Source: Chloroflexota bacterium
Lineage (GTDB): Bacteria; Chloroflexota; Limnocylindria; Limnocylindrales; CSP1-4
DNA length: 41,209 nucleotides
Assembly: GCA_040882345.1 (NCBI GenBank)
Contig: JBBEBL010000220.1
Coordinates: 21,773 to 62,981, forward strand
Reading direction: 5' to 3'
A model generated the notes under the pieces. The model was not told the origin of the DNA, made no database searches, and was given only the letters and a program-made list of their open reading frames with translations. A program made the translations under genes and the position numbers. Shown here piece after piece: positions 27,784 to 38,712 of this stretch; positions within the stretch are counted from its first letter, which is position 1, and each line of letters begins with the position of its first letter.

Positions 27784-28218
27784 ATGTTCAGGAAGATCCT
27801 GCTGGCCGTCGACGGTAGCGAGGCGTCCCTCGGGGCGGCTCGCGCCGCCGGTCGGCTCGCCGCAGAGACCGGGGCCGAGATCCGGCTCCTCACCATCCAC
27901 GACGCCCCGAGCGCCGTGCTCGGCGAGCCCGGCTACTCGGCCGTGCTGAACCGGGCGCTCGCGGAGGCGGAGGACCACCTCGCCACGGCCGCCGCCGCGA
28001 TCGTGGGCGTCGGGGGACCCGAGCCCGCGCGGGACAAGCTGACCGGCCACCCGGCCGAAGCCATCCTGACCGCGGCCGATGCCGGCGGCCACGACCTGGT
28101 CGTCGTGGGCAACCGTGGCCGCGGTCGGATCGCGGGGGCGCTGCTCGGGTCCGTGTCCAGCGCGATCGCGTCCCGGGCACGCATCCCCGTCCTGATCATC
28201 CCGCACGACGCGGGGTAG
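27784..28218 (+). CDS. Universal stress protein (UspA family)
   Basis: MFRKILLAVDGS...DLVVVGNRGRGRIAGALLGSVSSAIASRARIPVLII; GGAGG RBS. Confidence 0.93.
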   Translation: MFRKILLAVDGSEASLGAARAAGRLAAETGAEIRLLTIHDAPSAVLGEPGYSAVLNRALAEAEDHLATAAAAIVGVGGPEPARDKLTGHPAEAILTAADAGGHDLVVVGNRGRGRIAGALLGSVSSAIASRARIPVLIIPHDAG

Positions 28219-28269
28219 GGCCGGCGGAGTCGCCGCCGGGAGGAGGGCCAGCGGGCCGTCCCACCCCAG

Positions 28270-28395
28270 GGCCCTAACGTCGAACGAACGACGGAGGCCG
28301 TACCCCCGGACCGGCTTCCTTCGACGTTTCTCCCGCCCGAGGGGAGGATCGTCGGGTGAACGTTCTTCCTGACAGGTTCGTTGGACGTTAGGGCC
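28270..28395. repeat. 126-bp element with 20-bp terminal inverted repeats (MITE/REPIN-like candidate)
   Basis: GGCCCTAACGTCGAACGAAC (28270-28289) versus the reverse complement of 28376-28395, GGCCCTAACGTCCAACGAAC: 19/20 identical. Inner imperfect stem ACGTTTCTCCCG/CGGGTGAACGT. Confidence 0.6.
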
Positions 28396-28454
28396 GCCCC
28401 ATGGGACGAGATCCCCAGGCCACGGCCCCGTTCCGCGGACGTAGAATCGGCGCG

Positions 28455-29828
28455 ATGTCCCGCGACGATCCCGCCTTTCTCCCCGTGCCCGGTCGCGTCT
28501 TCCGGCGGTCCACGGTCCCCGATCCGCCAGTCGCGGTGTCCGCCAGCGGGTCCACCATCCACACCGCGGACGGCCGCGCTTTCCTCGATGCCGCCGGTGG
28601 GGCGATCGTGGTCAACATCGGCCATGGGCGAAGCGAGATCGCGGCGGTCATGGCGGACCAGGCCGCGCGCCTGGCCTATGCCCACGGCAGCGTCTTCACG
28701 ACAGAGCCACTGGAGGCGTACGCGGCCGAGGTGGGTGACATCCTCCCGCTGGACGGCCCGGCCATCTACCCGGTGTCCGGCGGGTCGGAGGCGATCGAGA
28801 CGGCCGTGAAGCTCGCGCGCGCCTACCATCTGGCCCGTGGCGAGCCGGAGCGAGCCACCGTCATCGCCCGGTGGGGGAGCTACCACGGCAACACGCTCGG
28901 CGCCCTGGACCTGTCCGGCCGTCGGCCGTTGCGCCGGCCGTACGAGCCGTGGCTGGGCCGCTTCCGCCACGTCTCGGCGGCCTACCCGTACCGAGCCGGT
29001 GACCCAGGTGCGAACGCGCTGGGTGACGGCGCCGAGCTCGCCGCAGAACTCGACCGCACCATAGAGCAGGCAGGGCCCGGAGCGGTCGCCGCCTTCGTGG
29101 CCGAACCCATCGTCGGCGCGACCCTGGCCGCCGTGGCCCCGCCGGATGACTACTGGCCGGCGATCGCCGAGGTCTGCCGTCGGCACGGGGTCCTGCTCAT
29201 CGCGGACGAGGTCATGACCGGATTCGGGCGCACGGGCCGCTGGTTCGGGGTGGACCACTGGGGGGTCCGCCCGGACATCCTCGTCGCGGCCAAGGGCGCG
29301 GCGTCCGGCTACTGGCCGTTCGGGTTCGCCGCCGCGTCGGACCGGGTGCATGCGACGGTCACGGCACCCGGCGCGGCATTCATCCACGGGTTCACGTACT
29401 CGCACGCGCCGGTGGGCGCCGCGGTCGCGCGAGCGGTTCTGCGCATCCTGCGCGAGGAGTCGCTGGTGGAAGCCAGTGCGGTCAAGGGCGAGCTCCTGCG
29501 CTCACTGCTCGCGGACCGACTGGGGGACCATCCAGCCGTCGGCGATATCCGAGGTCTGGGTCTGCTCGTCGGCGTGGAGCTCGTGGCGGACCGGGAGACC
29601 CGCCGGCCGTTCCCGCGGTCCGCCCGGCTGACAGAGAACGTCGTCGCCGAGGCGCGGGCCCGCGGCGTCCTGCTCTACTCAGGGACCGGCAATGCCGATG
29701 GGACGGACGGGGATACGCTGCTGCTGGGGCCACCGTTCGTGGTCACGGACGACGAGCTCGATCGCATCGCGGACGCCACGGCCCAGGCGATCGAGGCCGC
29801 TGTGGGGGCGCTCTCGAGCCCGCGCTGA
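28455..29828 (+). CDS. Class III PLP-dependent aminotransferase (BioA/omega-amino acid:pyruvate-like)
   Basis: FLDAAGGA, SGGSEAIETAVKLAR, SYHGNT, ADEVMTGFGRTG, AAKGAASG, HGFTYS. TAGAAT 7 nt before the ATG (leaderless geometry). Confidence 0.92.
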   Translation: MSRDDPAFLPVPGRVFRRSTVPDPPVAVSASGSTIHTADGRAFLDAAGGAIVVNIGHGRSEIAAVMADQAARLAYAHGSVFTTEPLEAYAAEVGDILPLDGPAIYPVSGGSEAIETAVKLARAYHLARGEPERATVIARWGSYHGNTLGALDLSGRRPLRRPYEPWLGRFRHVSAAYPYRAGDPGANALGDGAELAAELDRTIEQAGPGAVAAFVAEPIVGATLAAVAPPDDYWPAIAEVCRRHGVLLIADEVMTGFGRTGRWFGVDHWGVRPDILVAAKGAASGYWPFGFAAASDRVHATVTAPGAAFIHGFTYSHAPVGAAVARAVLRILREESLVEASAVKGELLRSLLADRLGDHPAVGDIRGLGLLVGVELVADRETRRPFPRSARLTENVVAEARARGVLLYSGTGNADGTDGDTLLLGPPFVVTDDELDRIADATAQAIEAAVGALSSPR

Positions 29829-29846
29829 GGTTCGGGGGCCGGCGGC

Positions 29847-30413
29847 TCAGCGACGGCGGCCAAGTCCCCCGACCATGAGCGCCACGCCCGCCAGGATGAG
29901 GGCGATCGGGACCACCAGCCCGCCCACCTCCGGCGTCAGCATGCTCACGCCGCCGAGCAGGGTGAGCAGCCCGCCGAAGATCGCCTGCCACCCCCACCCG
30001 CCGCCGGACGCGACCCGCACCGCGGCGATGCCGAGGAACGCGATGCCGAAGCAGAACGTGCCCAGGCCGTCCGCGTCGTAGCCCGCTGCGTTGATGACGC
30101 CCGGCGCCGCAAGCGCGGTGATGATCGCGCCGGCGTACAGGGAGCCCGTGCCCCGGTCGATCACCCACTTGATCAGGAATGCGAGGCCCACCGCGAGCAC
30201 CAGCACGGAACCCATCGCCCGAGCTTCCGGGAAGACCTGTTGCATGAGCAGCAGACCGCCGAAGACGAGGAGGAAGATGCCGATCCACGGCAGGCCCGGC
30301 CGCCGGGCGGATTCCGGGCCCCACTCCCAGGCATAGACCCGCTGATCGTCCGCGCGGGCGTGGCCGCCGCTGTGGGGGCCAAGGCGGGTCACGGGATCCG
30401 GTCGGTCGTCCAT
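29847..30413 (-). CDS. Hypothetical multi-pass membrane protein
   Basis: About six hydrophobic segments starting GLPWIGIFLLVFGGLLL; coding-like codon use. Confidence 0.75.
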   Translation of the reverse strand: MDDRPDPVTRLGPHSGGHARADDQRVYAWEWGPESARRPGLPWIGIFLLVFGGLLLMQQVFPEARAMGSVLVLAVGLAFLIKWVIDRGTGSLYAGAIITALAAPGVINAAGYDADGLGTFCFGIAFLGIAAVRVASGGGWGWQAIFGGLLTLLGGVSMLTPEVGGLVVPIALILAGVALMVGGLGRRR

Positions 30414-30463
30414 CGTCGTGTCAGCGTACTGCGTTGGACCGGGGCGGGGTAGCATCCGCGCTG

Positions 30464-31402
30464 ATGGCCCACGTACAGACCGTCCTCGGTCCCGTGAATC
30501 CGGCTGACCTCGGCATGACGCTGCCCCACGAGCACACCCAGATCGCCCTGTGGCATATCCCCGGCCGCTGGGACTACTGGCAGTTGAGCCGCGACCGCGA
30601 GACGATCCTGGCTGAGCTGGCGGCGTACCGCGCGGCCGGCGGCGGCGGGCTCGTTGACCTGACGCTCCCCGGTGTCGGGCGGGATCCCGCGTGGCTCGCC
30701 GACATCGCCACCGCCAGCGGCCTGCACGTCGTGATGGGTTGCGGCTGGTATCGCGGCGCCTACTACCCGGCAGAGGTGGGGATCGATCGCCGCTCCGTGG
30801 ACGACCTCGCCGACGAGCTGGTCGCCGAGGCGAGCGCGGGCGTGGCGGGTTCCGGGATCCGCCCGGGGATCATCGGCGAGATCGGTACGGACAAGCCGTG
30901 GCTATCCGCCCAGGAGGAGCGCGTCCATCGGGCCGCGGCCCGGGCCGCACGGCGCACGGGCCTCGCCATCACGACGCACGCAGTCATGTCGCCGGTGGGA
31001 CTCGACCAGCTCCGCGTCTTCGAGGAGGAGGGTGCGGACCCCACCCGGGTCGTCATCGGCCACGCCGACTCGTACCCCGTCCTGGACCACTACCTGGCCA
31101 TCGTGGAGCGTGGGGCGACGGTGGAGTTCGACTTCCTCGGCATGGCCTTCACGGCCACAGAGCGGCACGGCGAGGGGCGTATCGTGGAGCTGATCTGCGA
31201 GCTCCTGTCTCGCGACCATGTCTCTCGCGTCCTGCTCTCCCAGGACGTTTGCCACGATTCGCAGCTCACGCGCTACGAGGGCAACGGCTACACGTACCTG
31301 GCCCGGACGTTCCTGCCGCGACTGCGTGCCGCCGGCGTCAGCGACGAGGAGATCCGCGCGATCACGGTGGACAACCCGCGGCGGCTGCTCACGATCGGGT
31401 AG
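30464..31402 (+). CDS. Phosphotriesterase-related (PHP/PTE-family) amidohydrolase
   Basis: VQTVLGP, TLPHEH, GIIGEIG, ITTHA, IGHAD, LLSQD, DNPRRLL. Confidence 0.92.
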   Translation: MAHVQTVLGPVNPADLGMTLPHEHTQIALWHIPGRWDYWQLSRDRETILAELAAYRAAGGGGLVDLTLPGVGRDPAWLADIATASGLHVVMGCGWYRGAYYPAEVGIDRRSVDDLADELVAEASAGVAGSGIRPGIIGEIGTDKPWLSAQEERVHRAAARAARRTGLAITTHAVMSPVGLDQLRVFEEEGADPTRVVIGHADSYPVLDHYLAIVERGATVEFDFLGMAFTATERHGEGRIVELICELLSRDHVSRVLLSQDVCHDSQLTRYEGNGYTYLARTFLPRLRAAGVSDEEIRAITVDNPRRLLTIG

Positions 31403-31407
31403 CCGAC

Positions 31408-31851
31408 TCAGCCCTCCAGCGCCGCGTCCACGGTCAACGCCACGTTGCCCTTGAGGGCCCCGCTGATGGGGCAGCCGTCCTTGGCAGCCTCCGCCGCCGC
31501 GACGAAATCCTCCGCGGAGATGCCCGGTACCGTGCCCCGGACCGTCAGGGCGGATGACGTGACCTTCCAGCCGCTGTCCATCTTGTCGAAGGTGACCTCG
31601 GCTGAGACGGCCAGACGCAGGGGTGGCGTGCCGCCGCGGGCCAGGCTGCCGGAGAAAGCCATCGCATAGCACGAGGCATGCGCCGCAGCCAGCAGCTCCT
31701 CCGGGCTCGTCCGGCTGCCGGGCGATTCCGTCCGTGCCGACCAGCTGACCGGGAGCTCGGAGAACGCGCCGCTGGAAACGGCGCTGACGATACCGGAGCC
31801 GGACACGAGGTCTCCGTTCCACGTGACTTCGGCGCGACGGATGGCGGCCAT
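31408..31851 (-). CDS. osmC: OsmC-family peroxiredoxin
   Basis: WNGDLVSGSG, TSPEELLAAAHASCYAMA, AKDGCPISGAL. Confidence 0.93.
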   Translation of the reverse strand: MAAIRRAEVTWNGDLVSGSGIVSAVSSGAFSELPVSWSARTESPGSRTSPEELLAAAHASCYAMAFSGSLARGGTPPLRLAVSAEVTFDKMDSGWKVTSSALTVRGTVPGISAEDFVAAAEAAKDGCPISGALKGNVALTVDAALEG

Positions 31852-32064
31852 GGCAACTCCCTGCTGTGATGGTCTGGGCCGTAGTCGGCCATAGTGGGCC
31901 GTGATGGCAGGCCGTCATGGTCCCATACGACTCGGCTGTGCGGTCCGGAGAGGTCCCGGACGGTCCCTACGTCGATGGTGTGGTGCGGGCCGGTGACCAT
32001 CCGCGAGCCCGGCTGGGACGGCTGGCCGGTACCCGGCACGAGGCCGCGAAACCACGATGCAGAC

Positions 32065-32883
32065 ATGCGATCCCTCATCCGTCGCTTCGTCCCATTCGCC
32101 CTTGCCCTGTCCCTCGTCGCCGCAGCGGCGCCGGCTGCGTCCGCGGCAGAGGCGTTCGGCATCTCCCCTGAATCCGTGGCCACCGCGGAACGGGGCGCGC
32201 TGGCGGTCACGAACAGCAAGCGCGCCGCGCTGGGCCTCCGGGCTCTCAGGTGGGACACGCGCGTCGCCGCCATGGCGCGAGCTCGCGCCGAGAACATGGC
32301 GGCAACGGACACCATGAGCCATTCCCAGGCGGACGGGACCAACGTCTTCGACCTGATCAGCGAGTCCGGCATCACGTGGTACGGCGCGGGCGAGATCCTC
32401 GCCTGGAACAACGTGACGGACCTTGACTACTCGGTGGGATTCGCCGTGAAGGGCTGGATGGAGTCGCCGACCCACAAGGCGATCGTGGTCTCCACCGGCT
32501 TCAACTACGTCGGTTTCGGGATGGCGGTTTCGCCGAAGACCGGCATCCGCTACTACGCGGGCGTCTACCTGAAGGGTCCCGACCGCACGGCCAGCTGGTC
32601 AAAGGTCAGGTCGGTCAGCAAGTCCGTGATCGACGCCCGACGTGTCCGCGTCACGATCCGGTGGAGTGGCGCCGATACGAAGCTCCAGGTGCTGTCCAGT
32701 GGCCTGCGCTACTTCCAGATGCAGGCGCGTCGCGCCGGCGGTACCTGGAAGACGTACGACAAGACCACGCGGACCTATCTCAAGCGCACCTGGACCCGTG
32801 GCAAGGTCTACGAGTTCCGCGTCCGGTCGCGCGACCGGGCCGGCAACTGGAGCCGGTGGGCGCTGGTCACCATCAAGACCTGA
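32065..32883 (+). CDS. Secreted CAP (SCP-like) domain protein with C-terminal fibronectin-III-like segment
   Basis: Signal peptide MRSLIRRFVPFALALSLVAAAAPAASA; CAP motifs MSHS, AGEILAWN, WMESPTHKAI; FN3-like YEFRVRSRDRAGNWS. Confidence 0.85.
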   Translation: MRSLIRRFVPFALALSLVAAAAPAASAAEAFGISPESVATAERGALAVTNSKRAALGLRALRWDTRVAAMARARAENMAATDTMSHSQADGTNVFDLISESGITWYGAGEILAWNNVTDLDYSVGFAVKGWMESPTHKAIVVSTGFNYVGFGMAVSPKTGIRYYAGVYLKGPDRTASWSKVRSVSKSVIDARRVRVTIRWSGADTKLQVLSSGLRYFQMQARRAGGTWKTYDKTTRTYLKRTWTRGKVYEFRVRSRDRAGNWSRWALVTIKT

Positions 32884-33054
32884 CGCGGGGCGACTCGCCT
32901 CCCACACTTCCACGGCGAGCGTGGCGACCGATGGTCGTCACGCTCCCGACATGTCGCGCGGGCCGTGGGACGGGGGCCCGAAATCCCATCGGGCGTATGG
33001 TTGTGTCCTACATCCCTCGCGCCCGTCAGCGGCGCGTCCCGTGAGGAGGCAGCG

Positions 33055-33627
33055 ATGCCCACCATCCGTCTCGACGACGTTCGTCTACCCGAATTCCACC
33101 TCCCCGAGATGTCCCGCGACGACATCACCAAGGCCATCGGCGATGCCCGCCGCGATGTGGACCTGAGCCGATTCGACCCGCGCAAGGTCGAGTTGCCGGA
33201 CATCGACCTGTCCGGGGTCGACGTGCCCAAGGCCATCGCGGGAGCCGCCGCGGCCGCGGGCCTCGTGCGGCCCCGCCGGGCCAGCCGCAGGCCCCTCGTG
33301 ATCGGTGCCGCCGTCGTCATCGGCCTGGCCGGGTTCGCGCTGCTCATGTCCACGGGGGTCCGCTCTCGTCTCGCCGCGCTGGCTGCGAAGGCCCGCGAAC
33401 GGGTGGCCGAGTGGCGCGGGTCCATGGACACCTTCGACGCTGACGACGAGGCCGTTGCCTTCGACGCGGCCGATACGGCGGGGGTCACGACGTCCCCGTT
33501 CGCCGATGATCTGGCCGCCGGTACGTCGCCATTCGATGGCCCCAGCCCGCTGCCGGACGGCCTCGGCTCCAATGGCACCGCCGCTGAGCCGCCGTTCGCC
33601 GAGCGCGACGAGGTCGCGTCCCACTGA
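33055..33627 (+). CDS. Hypothetical protein with one TM segment
   Basis: GAGGAGG RBS; repetitive LPE/LPD N-terminus; hydrophobic LVIGAAVVIGLAGFALL; acidic tail. Confidence 0.7.
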   Translation: MPTIRLDDVRLPEFHLPEMSRDDITKAIGDARRDVDLSRFDPRKVELPDIDLSGVDVPKAIAGAAAAAGLVRPRRASRRPLVIGAAVVIGLAGFALLMSTGVRSRLAALAAKARERVAEWRGSMDTFDADDEAVAFDAADTAGVTTSPFADDLAAGTSPFDGPSPLPDGLGSNGTAAEPPFAERDEVASH

Positions 33628-33681
33628 CCTGATCCGGAACGGCGGCCTCGGGGAGGCCGCCGGCACGTACCATCCACCGGC

Positions 33682-35385
33682 ATGCAGCCGCCGGGGCCAT
33701 TGGCCGTCCTGACCCGCGTCCTCGCCAATCCATCGCTGCGCCGCGTCCTTGCCTCGTATCTCGCGTTCCACATCGCGGAATTCTCGACGTGGGTCGCGAT
33801 CCTCCTGTATGCCTACGACAAGACCGGACCGGCCTCGGTCGGCGTGATCGCCCTGGTCCAACTCGTCCCAGCCGCGTTCGTCGCGGCTCCGGCGGCCACC
33901 CTGGGCGACCGTTTCCCTCGCGCGCGCGTGCTGACCGCCGGCTACCTCTTCCAGGCTGTCGCGATGCTGGTGACCTCCGCGGCGATGATCGCCGAGCTCC
34001 CGGTCGTCGTCGTGTACCTCGCTGCCGCCGTGGCGGCGACATCGCTCGTGGTGACTCGACCGACCCAGTCGGCCCTGCTGCCGTCCCTGTCCCAGACACC
34101 GGATGAGCTCACCGCGGCCAACGGGGCCGCCGGGGTGGTGGAGGGGGTCGGCGTCCTCGTCGGACCGCTCATCGCGGCCGCGGTACTGGTCGGCTCCAGC
34201 GTGTCGGTCGTCTTCGCGATCGCCGGCGTCGCGCTCATCGTCGCAGCGTTGTTCACGTTCCGGCTGCGGCCCGTGATCAGCGGACCTGCCGCGATCGTAC
34301 CCACGGACGCCGACAGCCAGCCGACCGGCGGGCTCGCGCCGGGCGTCGACGCCGACGTCGCGGACGCATCCTTCCTGGCCGGACTCCGGACGGTCACCCG
34401 CGATGCGGACGCGCGCCTCGTCGTCGGCCTGCTCACCGCACGGATGCTCATCGTGGGCTCGGCGGACGTCCTCTTCGTCCTGATGGCGCTCGACCTGCTG
34501 GGGACCGGCGAGCCCGGGGCGGGCATCCTCAACGCGGCCCTCGGAGGCGGGACCATCCTTGGGGGAGCGCTCGCCTTCGGGCTCGTTGGCCGAAGCGGTC
34601 TCGCCATGGTCGCCGTGGCGGGTTCGGCGGCGTGGGGTCTGACGATCGCGCTGGCGGGCCTGACCGGCATCGCCGTGCTCGCACCGGGACTCATCGTCAT
34701 CGGCGGGGCAGGGCTGACCGTGGTGGACGTCGCGGGACGGACCATCCTCCAGCGGTCCATCCGGGACGACGTCCTCGCCAGGGTGTTCGGGATACAGGAG
34801 AGCCTCGCGATGGCCGCACTGGCGGTCGGGTCGGTGCTGGTCTCCGTCCTGGTGTCCGCCGTGGGTCTGATCACGACGATCATCGTCATCGCGGCGATCC
34901 TGCCCGCCGTCGTCCTCGTGGCCTGGTCGCGATTGGCCGACCTGGACCACCGGGCGGCGGTCCCGATCCGTGCGCTGGCCCTGTTGCGCTCCACCCGTCT
35001 GTTCGCTCCGCTTCCGCCCCCACAGCTGGAGGCGATCGCCCGGCGTGGCATCTGGCTGAGCGTGCCGAGTGGGACGGTCCTCATCCGCGAGGGCGATCCC
35101 GGCGACCGCTACTACGTGCTCGCGTCGGGCGTCGTGCGGGTCGAGCAGGGCGGACGACACGTGCGCGACCTGGACCGGGCCGGCGAGGGCTTCGGGGAGA
35201 TCGCCCTGCTCCGTGACGTGCCGCGCACGGCGACCGTGATCTCGGCGTCAGAGGTGGCCGTCTTCGCCGTGGACCGTGCGCCGTTCCTCGCCGCGGTGAC
35301 CGGTCACCCGGTCGCGCACGCCACGGCCCAGCGCGTCGTCACCCGATTCGGCGGCCCGCCGGACGCCGACGAGTCGGGTCGTTGA
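33682..35385 (+). CDS. MFS transporter fused to a C-terminal cyclic-nucleotide-binding domain
   Basis: About 12 TM helices with LGDRFPRARV; cNMP motifs LIREGDPGDRYYVLASG and FGEIALLRDVPRTATV. Confidence 0.9.
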   Translation: MQPPGPLAVLTRVLANPSLRRVLASYLAFHIAEFSTWVAILLYAYDKTGPASVGVIALVQLVPAAFVAAPAATLGDRFPRARVLTAGYLFQAVAMLVTSAAMIAELPVVVVYLAAAVAATSLVVTRPTQSALLPSLSQTPDELTAANGAAGVVEGVGVLVGPLIAAAVLVGSSVSVVFAIAGVALIVAALFTFRLRPVISGPAAIVPTDADSQPTGGLAPGVDADVADASFLAGLRTVTRDADARLVVGLLTARMLIVGSADVLFVLMALDLLGTGEPGAGILNAALGGGTILGGALAFGLVGRSGLAMVAVAGSAAWGLTIALAGLTGIAVLAPGLIVIGGAGLTVVDVAGRTILQRSIRDDVLARVFGIQESLAMAALAVGSVLVSVLVSAVGLITTIIVIAAILPAVVLVAWSRLADLDHRAAVPIRALALLRSTRLFAPLPPPQLEAIARRGIWLSVPSGTVLIREGDPGDRYYVLASGVVRVEQGGRHVRDLDRAGEGFGEIALLRDVPRTATVISASEVAVFAVDRAPFLAAVTGHPVAHATAQRVVTRFGGPPDADESGR

Positions 35386-35424
35386 CGCTTTCGACGCTAA
35401 TCCCGATAATCTGACTCGGAATTA
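35382..35424 (+). promoter_or_regulatory. Sigma70-type suf promoter with overlapping inverted-repeat operator
   Basis: TTGACG (35382-35387), 17-bp spacer, GATAAT (35405-35410). TAATCCCGA-N9-TCGGAATTA inverted repeat at 35398-35424 (8/9 match). Confidence 0.7.
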
Positions 35425-35493
35425 CCCGTGGTGGCCTGAGGCCGCCCCGCGGCGCCGCCGGCGCCGCTCGCAGACCCGAGGACCGGAGATCGC

Positions 35494-36893
<1,400 letters not shown>

Positions 36894-36897
<4 letters not shown>

Positions 36898-38303
36898 CGG
36901 CCCCCACCGCGGAGGCATCGACCCCCGTCGGGCCGAGCCCGCGGCCGCGGCCGGCGCGGCGACCGCTGGACGAGCTATCCCTCCCCATCGACGCGGGGAT
37001 CCTCGAGGCGTTCGCTGGTGCCGACCCGGCCTGGCTGAGCGCGGACCGCCGGGCTGCCATGGACGCGTGGGCGTCTCTTCCCGGCGAGTCGAACCTGCTG
37101 TACACGCCCTACATCGACCTGCGCGGCGCCCGGCTGGAGGGCGCGACCGTGGCCACGGCACCGGCCGTCGGCCGCCGGGCGGGGGCGCTCCCCGGGGACG
37201 CGGCCGCGCTCCTGGAGCTGACGGATGGCGTCGTGACCGCCGCGGTGCTGTCCGCCGATGCCGCCGCGGCCGGGGTCACCGTCACGGACCTGCGCGACCT
37301 GCTCGCCCGAGACCCAGATCGCGTCCGCGTGCTCCTGGAGACCGGACCCGGCGTCCCCGCCACGGACAAGTTCGCACAGCTGACCCGGGCGCTGTGGTCG
37401 CAGGGCGTCGTCCTGGACGTGCCGGCCGGCGTGCATCTTGACCGGCCCATCATCATCCGATGGGCAATTGGCGCGCCCGGCGCCGCCCTGTTCACGCGCA
37501 CCCTCATCCACCTCGGTGAGGGCGCGAAGGTCGCGGTCGTGGAGGAGCTCATCCCGAACGCGGGCGGAGACGCAAGCGCGAACGGCACGGTCGGCGCGAG
37601 CGAGCAGTCCCTGTTCGCCGGCACGACGGAGGTCGTCCTGGCCGCCGGCGCCGAGCTCGCCGTGGCCAGCCTCCAGGAATTGCCCGGACACCTGGTCGCG
37701 TTCCAGCACCGCCTCGCGGAGATCGGTGAGGGGGCGTCGATGCACTGGGCTTTGGCCCAGATGGGCGGTCGCCTGGTGCGCAGCCGGGTGGACAATCGCC
37801 TGGTCGGCGATCGCTCATCGGTGGAGCAGGTCGAGATCGTCTTCGGCGCTGGCGAGCAGCTGTTCGACCTCACCTCATACACCATCCATGTCGGCCGCGA
37901 CACGACCGGGAACCTCCTGTCCAAGGGGGCGCTGCTGGACAGTGCGCGGACCTATCTCAAGGGTCTCATCACCATCGAGAAGAGCGCGGTGGGCACGGAC
38001 AGCTTCCTCGGCGAGTTCGGCATGAACCTGTCCAAGGCGGCCCGCTCCGTCGCGATCCCGTCATTGGAGATCGATCAGCCGGACTGTCGTCGCGCCGCCC
38101 ACTCGTCCTCCGTTGGTCCTATCGACGAGACCCAGCTGTTCTACCTCGAATCGCGCGGCATCCCGCCGGACGAGGCGCGCAAGTTCATCGTCCTCGGATT
38201 CCTTGAGCCCGTGGTGGCGCGCATCCCGTTGGGGTCGGCACAGGATCGACTCCGGGAGTTGCTCGAGGCCAAGTGGGCGGCGGGCACATCCGCCGGCGAG
38301 TGA
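36894..38303 (+). CDS. sufD: Fe-S cluster assembly protein SufD
   Basis: ATGA overlap with sufB; IPSLEIDQPDCRRAAHSSSVGPIDETQLFYLESRGI...IVLGF. Confidence 0.92.
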
Positions 38304-38328
38304 CGCCCCCACGGCGACCGCCCGCACC

Positions 38329-38664
38329 ATGAGACGTATCGACCTCGCCGCCGTCGATGAGATCGGCGACGGCGAGATGCAGATGGCCTGGGTGGACGGC
38401 ACGGACCAGGTCCTCGTGATCAACACCGGTGGCGAGTTCACCGCGGTCCAGGGGATCTGCTCGCACGAGTACTTCGAGCTGGACAAGGGGTTCCTGACCA
38501 ACGGGACGCTGACCTGCGCCCTGCACCTGTCCCGGTTCGACCTCTCGAGTGGCGAGCCGCTGGATCCCCCGGCGGACATGCCGCTGGCCGTCTATCCGGT
38601 GGTGATCGAGGACGGGCGGATCCTGATCGAGGTACCTGACGGCCCGCTGGAGATCAGCGAGTAG
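38329..38664 (+). CDS. Rieske [2Fe-2S] ferredoxin
   Basis: Rieske ligands in CSHE...CALHLSRFDL. Confidence 0.92.
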   Translation: MRRIDLAAVDEIGDGEMQMAWVDGTDQVLVINTGGEFTAVQGICSHEYFELDKGFLTNGTLTCALHLSRFDLSSGEPLDPPADMPLAVYPVVIEDGRILIEVPDGPLEISE

Positions 38665-38712
38665 GGCTGGGTCTCACGTGCCTCGCTTGGACGGCGGGCA
38701 GCCGCTGGCCGT

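Noticed and set aside
32967-32987. Weak Dev-box-like GGGCC-CGAA-ATCCC upstream of the hypothetical gene
   Set aside because: A single degenerate match in GC-rich DNA.
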